A stretch of 54,003 nt of DNA, the filler included, from Bipalium vagum (lineage: Eukaryota): assembly GCA_037834085.1 (NCBI GenBank). It is 3 parts of 3 records of this genome, joined end to end, with 100 filler letters (N's around TTAATTAATTAA, not from the genome) between each part and the next. Parts side by side here need not be neighbours in the genome. Positions count along the whole stretch, not along the records: positions 35,822 to 54,003 come from JBBMKC010037636.1; 2 more parts are not named here. One strand, given 5' to 3'. Both the position numbers and the translations under genes were made by a program. A model generated the notes under the pieces. It made no database searches. It was not told the DNA's origin and worked only from the letters and a program-made list of their open reading frames with translations. Shown here piece after piece: positions 53,471-54,003 of the stretch. Within the stretch, counting starts at the first letter, position 1. Every line of letters begins with the position of its first letter.

Positions 53471-54003
53471 GACGTGATTTCTGAGATAAATTTTGTTAAA
53501 CAAGTCGATATTATTTATTAAATCAATTAAGTAAATACCATCTTATGATTGTTTTTAAACAGAATTGGATATTGTTATATTGCAGAAATTCTATTTGCAT
53601 TCAAAAAAATGCAAAATATAATTGTAACCTGTTACGTTATAAATACCTCGTGATTTTCATCATTATATACATTGATGTCATTGTGATAATGTGACTCATT
53701 ATTTTGCGACAGGGACGACTAAGTCTATGTACATAAGCTTAGAATTTAAAAGGAAAATGTAATTGAACATAGAAAGTACAACACCAGATTCTTAATTTTC
53801 ACTTCTTTCGAAAAGTTACTGATAAGATGTTAAATATTTTTTGATTTCTTTTAAGGAACAACAATATATACTTAATGTAAGGATTAAATTATAATTAATA
53901 TTAAATAATAAATAATAAATATTTTAAAAATAATTTTTAAAGTAATATAATAATAATAAATTTAATCCTTAATGTTTTTTAATTATTTTAATAAATTTAA
54001 ATC

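Noticed and set aside
1-54003. CRISPR arrays, tRNA/rRNA genes or prokaryotic systems
   Set aside because: No repeat-spacer array or recognisable structural RNA gene was seen. The sequence is intron-containing eukaryotic DNA.

Overview
Very AT-rich eukaryotic (invertebrate animal) genomic DNA with short GT-AG introns of about 42-58 nt. The window is three scaffolds joined by artificial 100-nt linkers (44N-TTAATTAATTAA-44N at 16559-16658 and 35722-35821), so adjacency across them means nothing. Scaffold 1 holds a two-exon Snail-family C2H2 zinc-finger gene (minus strand) among mariner, pogo and Tc1 debris. Scaffold 2 holds 16 internal exons of a rootletin (CROCC) gene. Scaffold 3 holds a U2AF35 pseudogene, a three-exon stathmin-family gene with a Penelope-like retroelement (carrying a minimal hammerhead ribozyme) in intron 2, and more Tc1/mariner remnants. 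The main finding is missing from the ORF track: at 39803-42617 (+) there is a run of about 15 AG/GT-bounded micro-exons of 15-36 nt, each a multiple of 3 and stop-free in phase 0, followed by a terminal exon. This is a micro-exon-gene (MEG-like) architecture encoding a protein I do not recognise. Longer phase-0 exons probably extend it upstream to about 37105. All gene models were spliced by eye and need RNA-seq confirmation.
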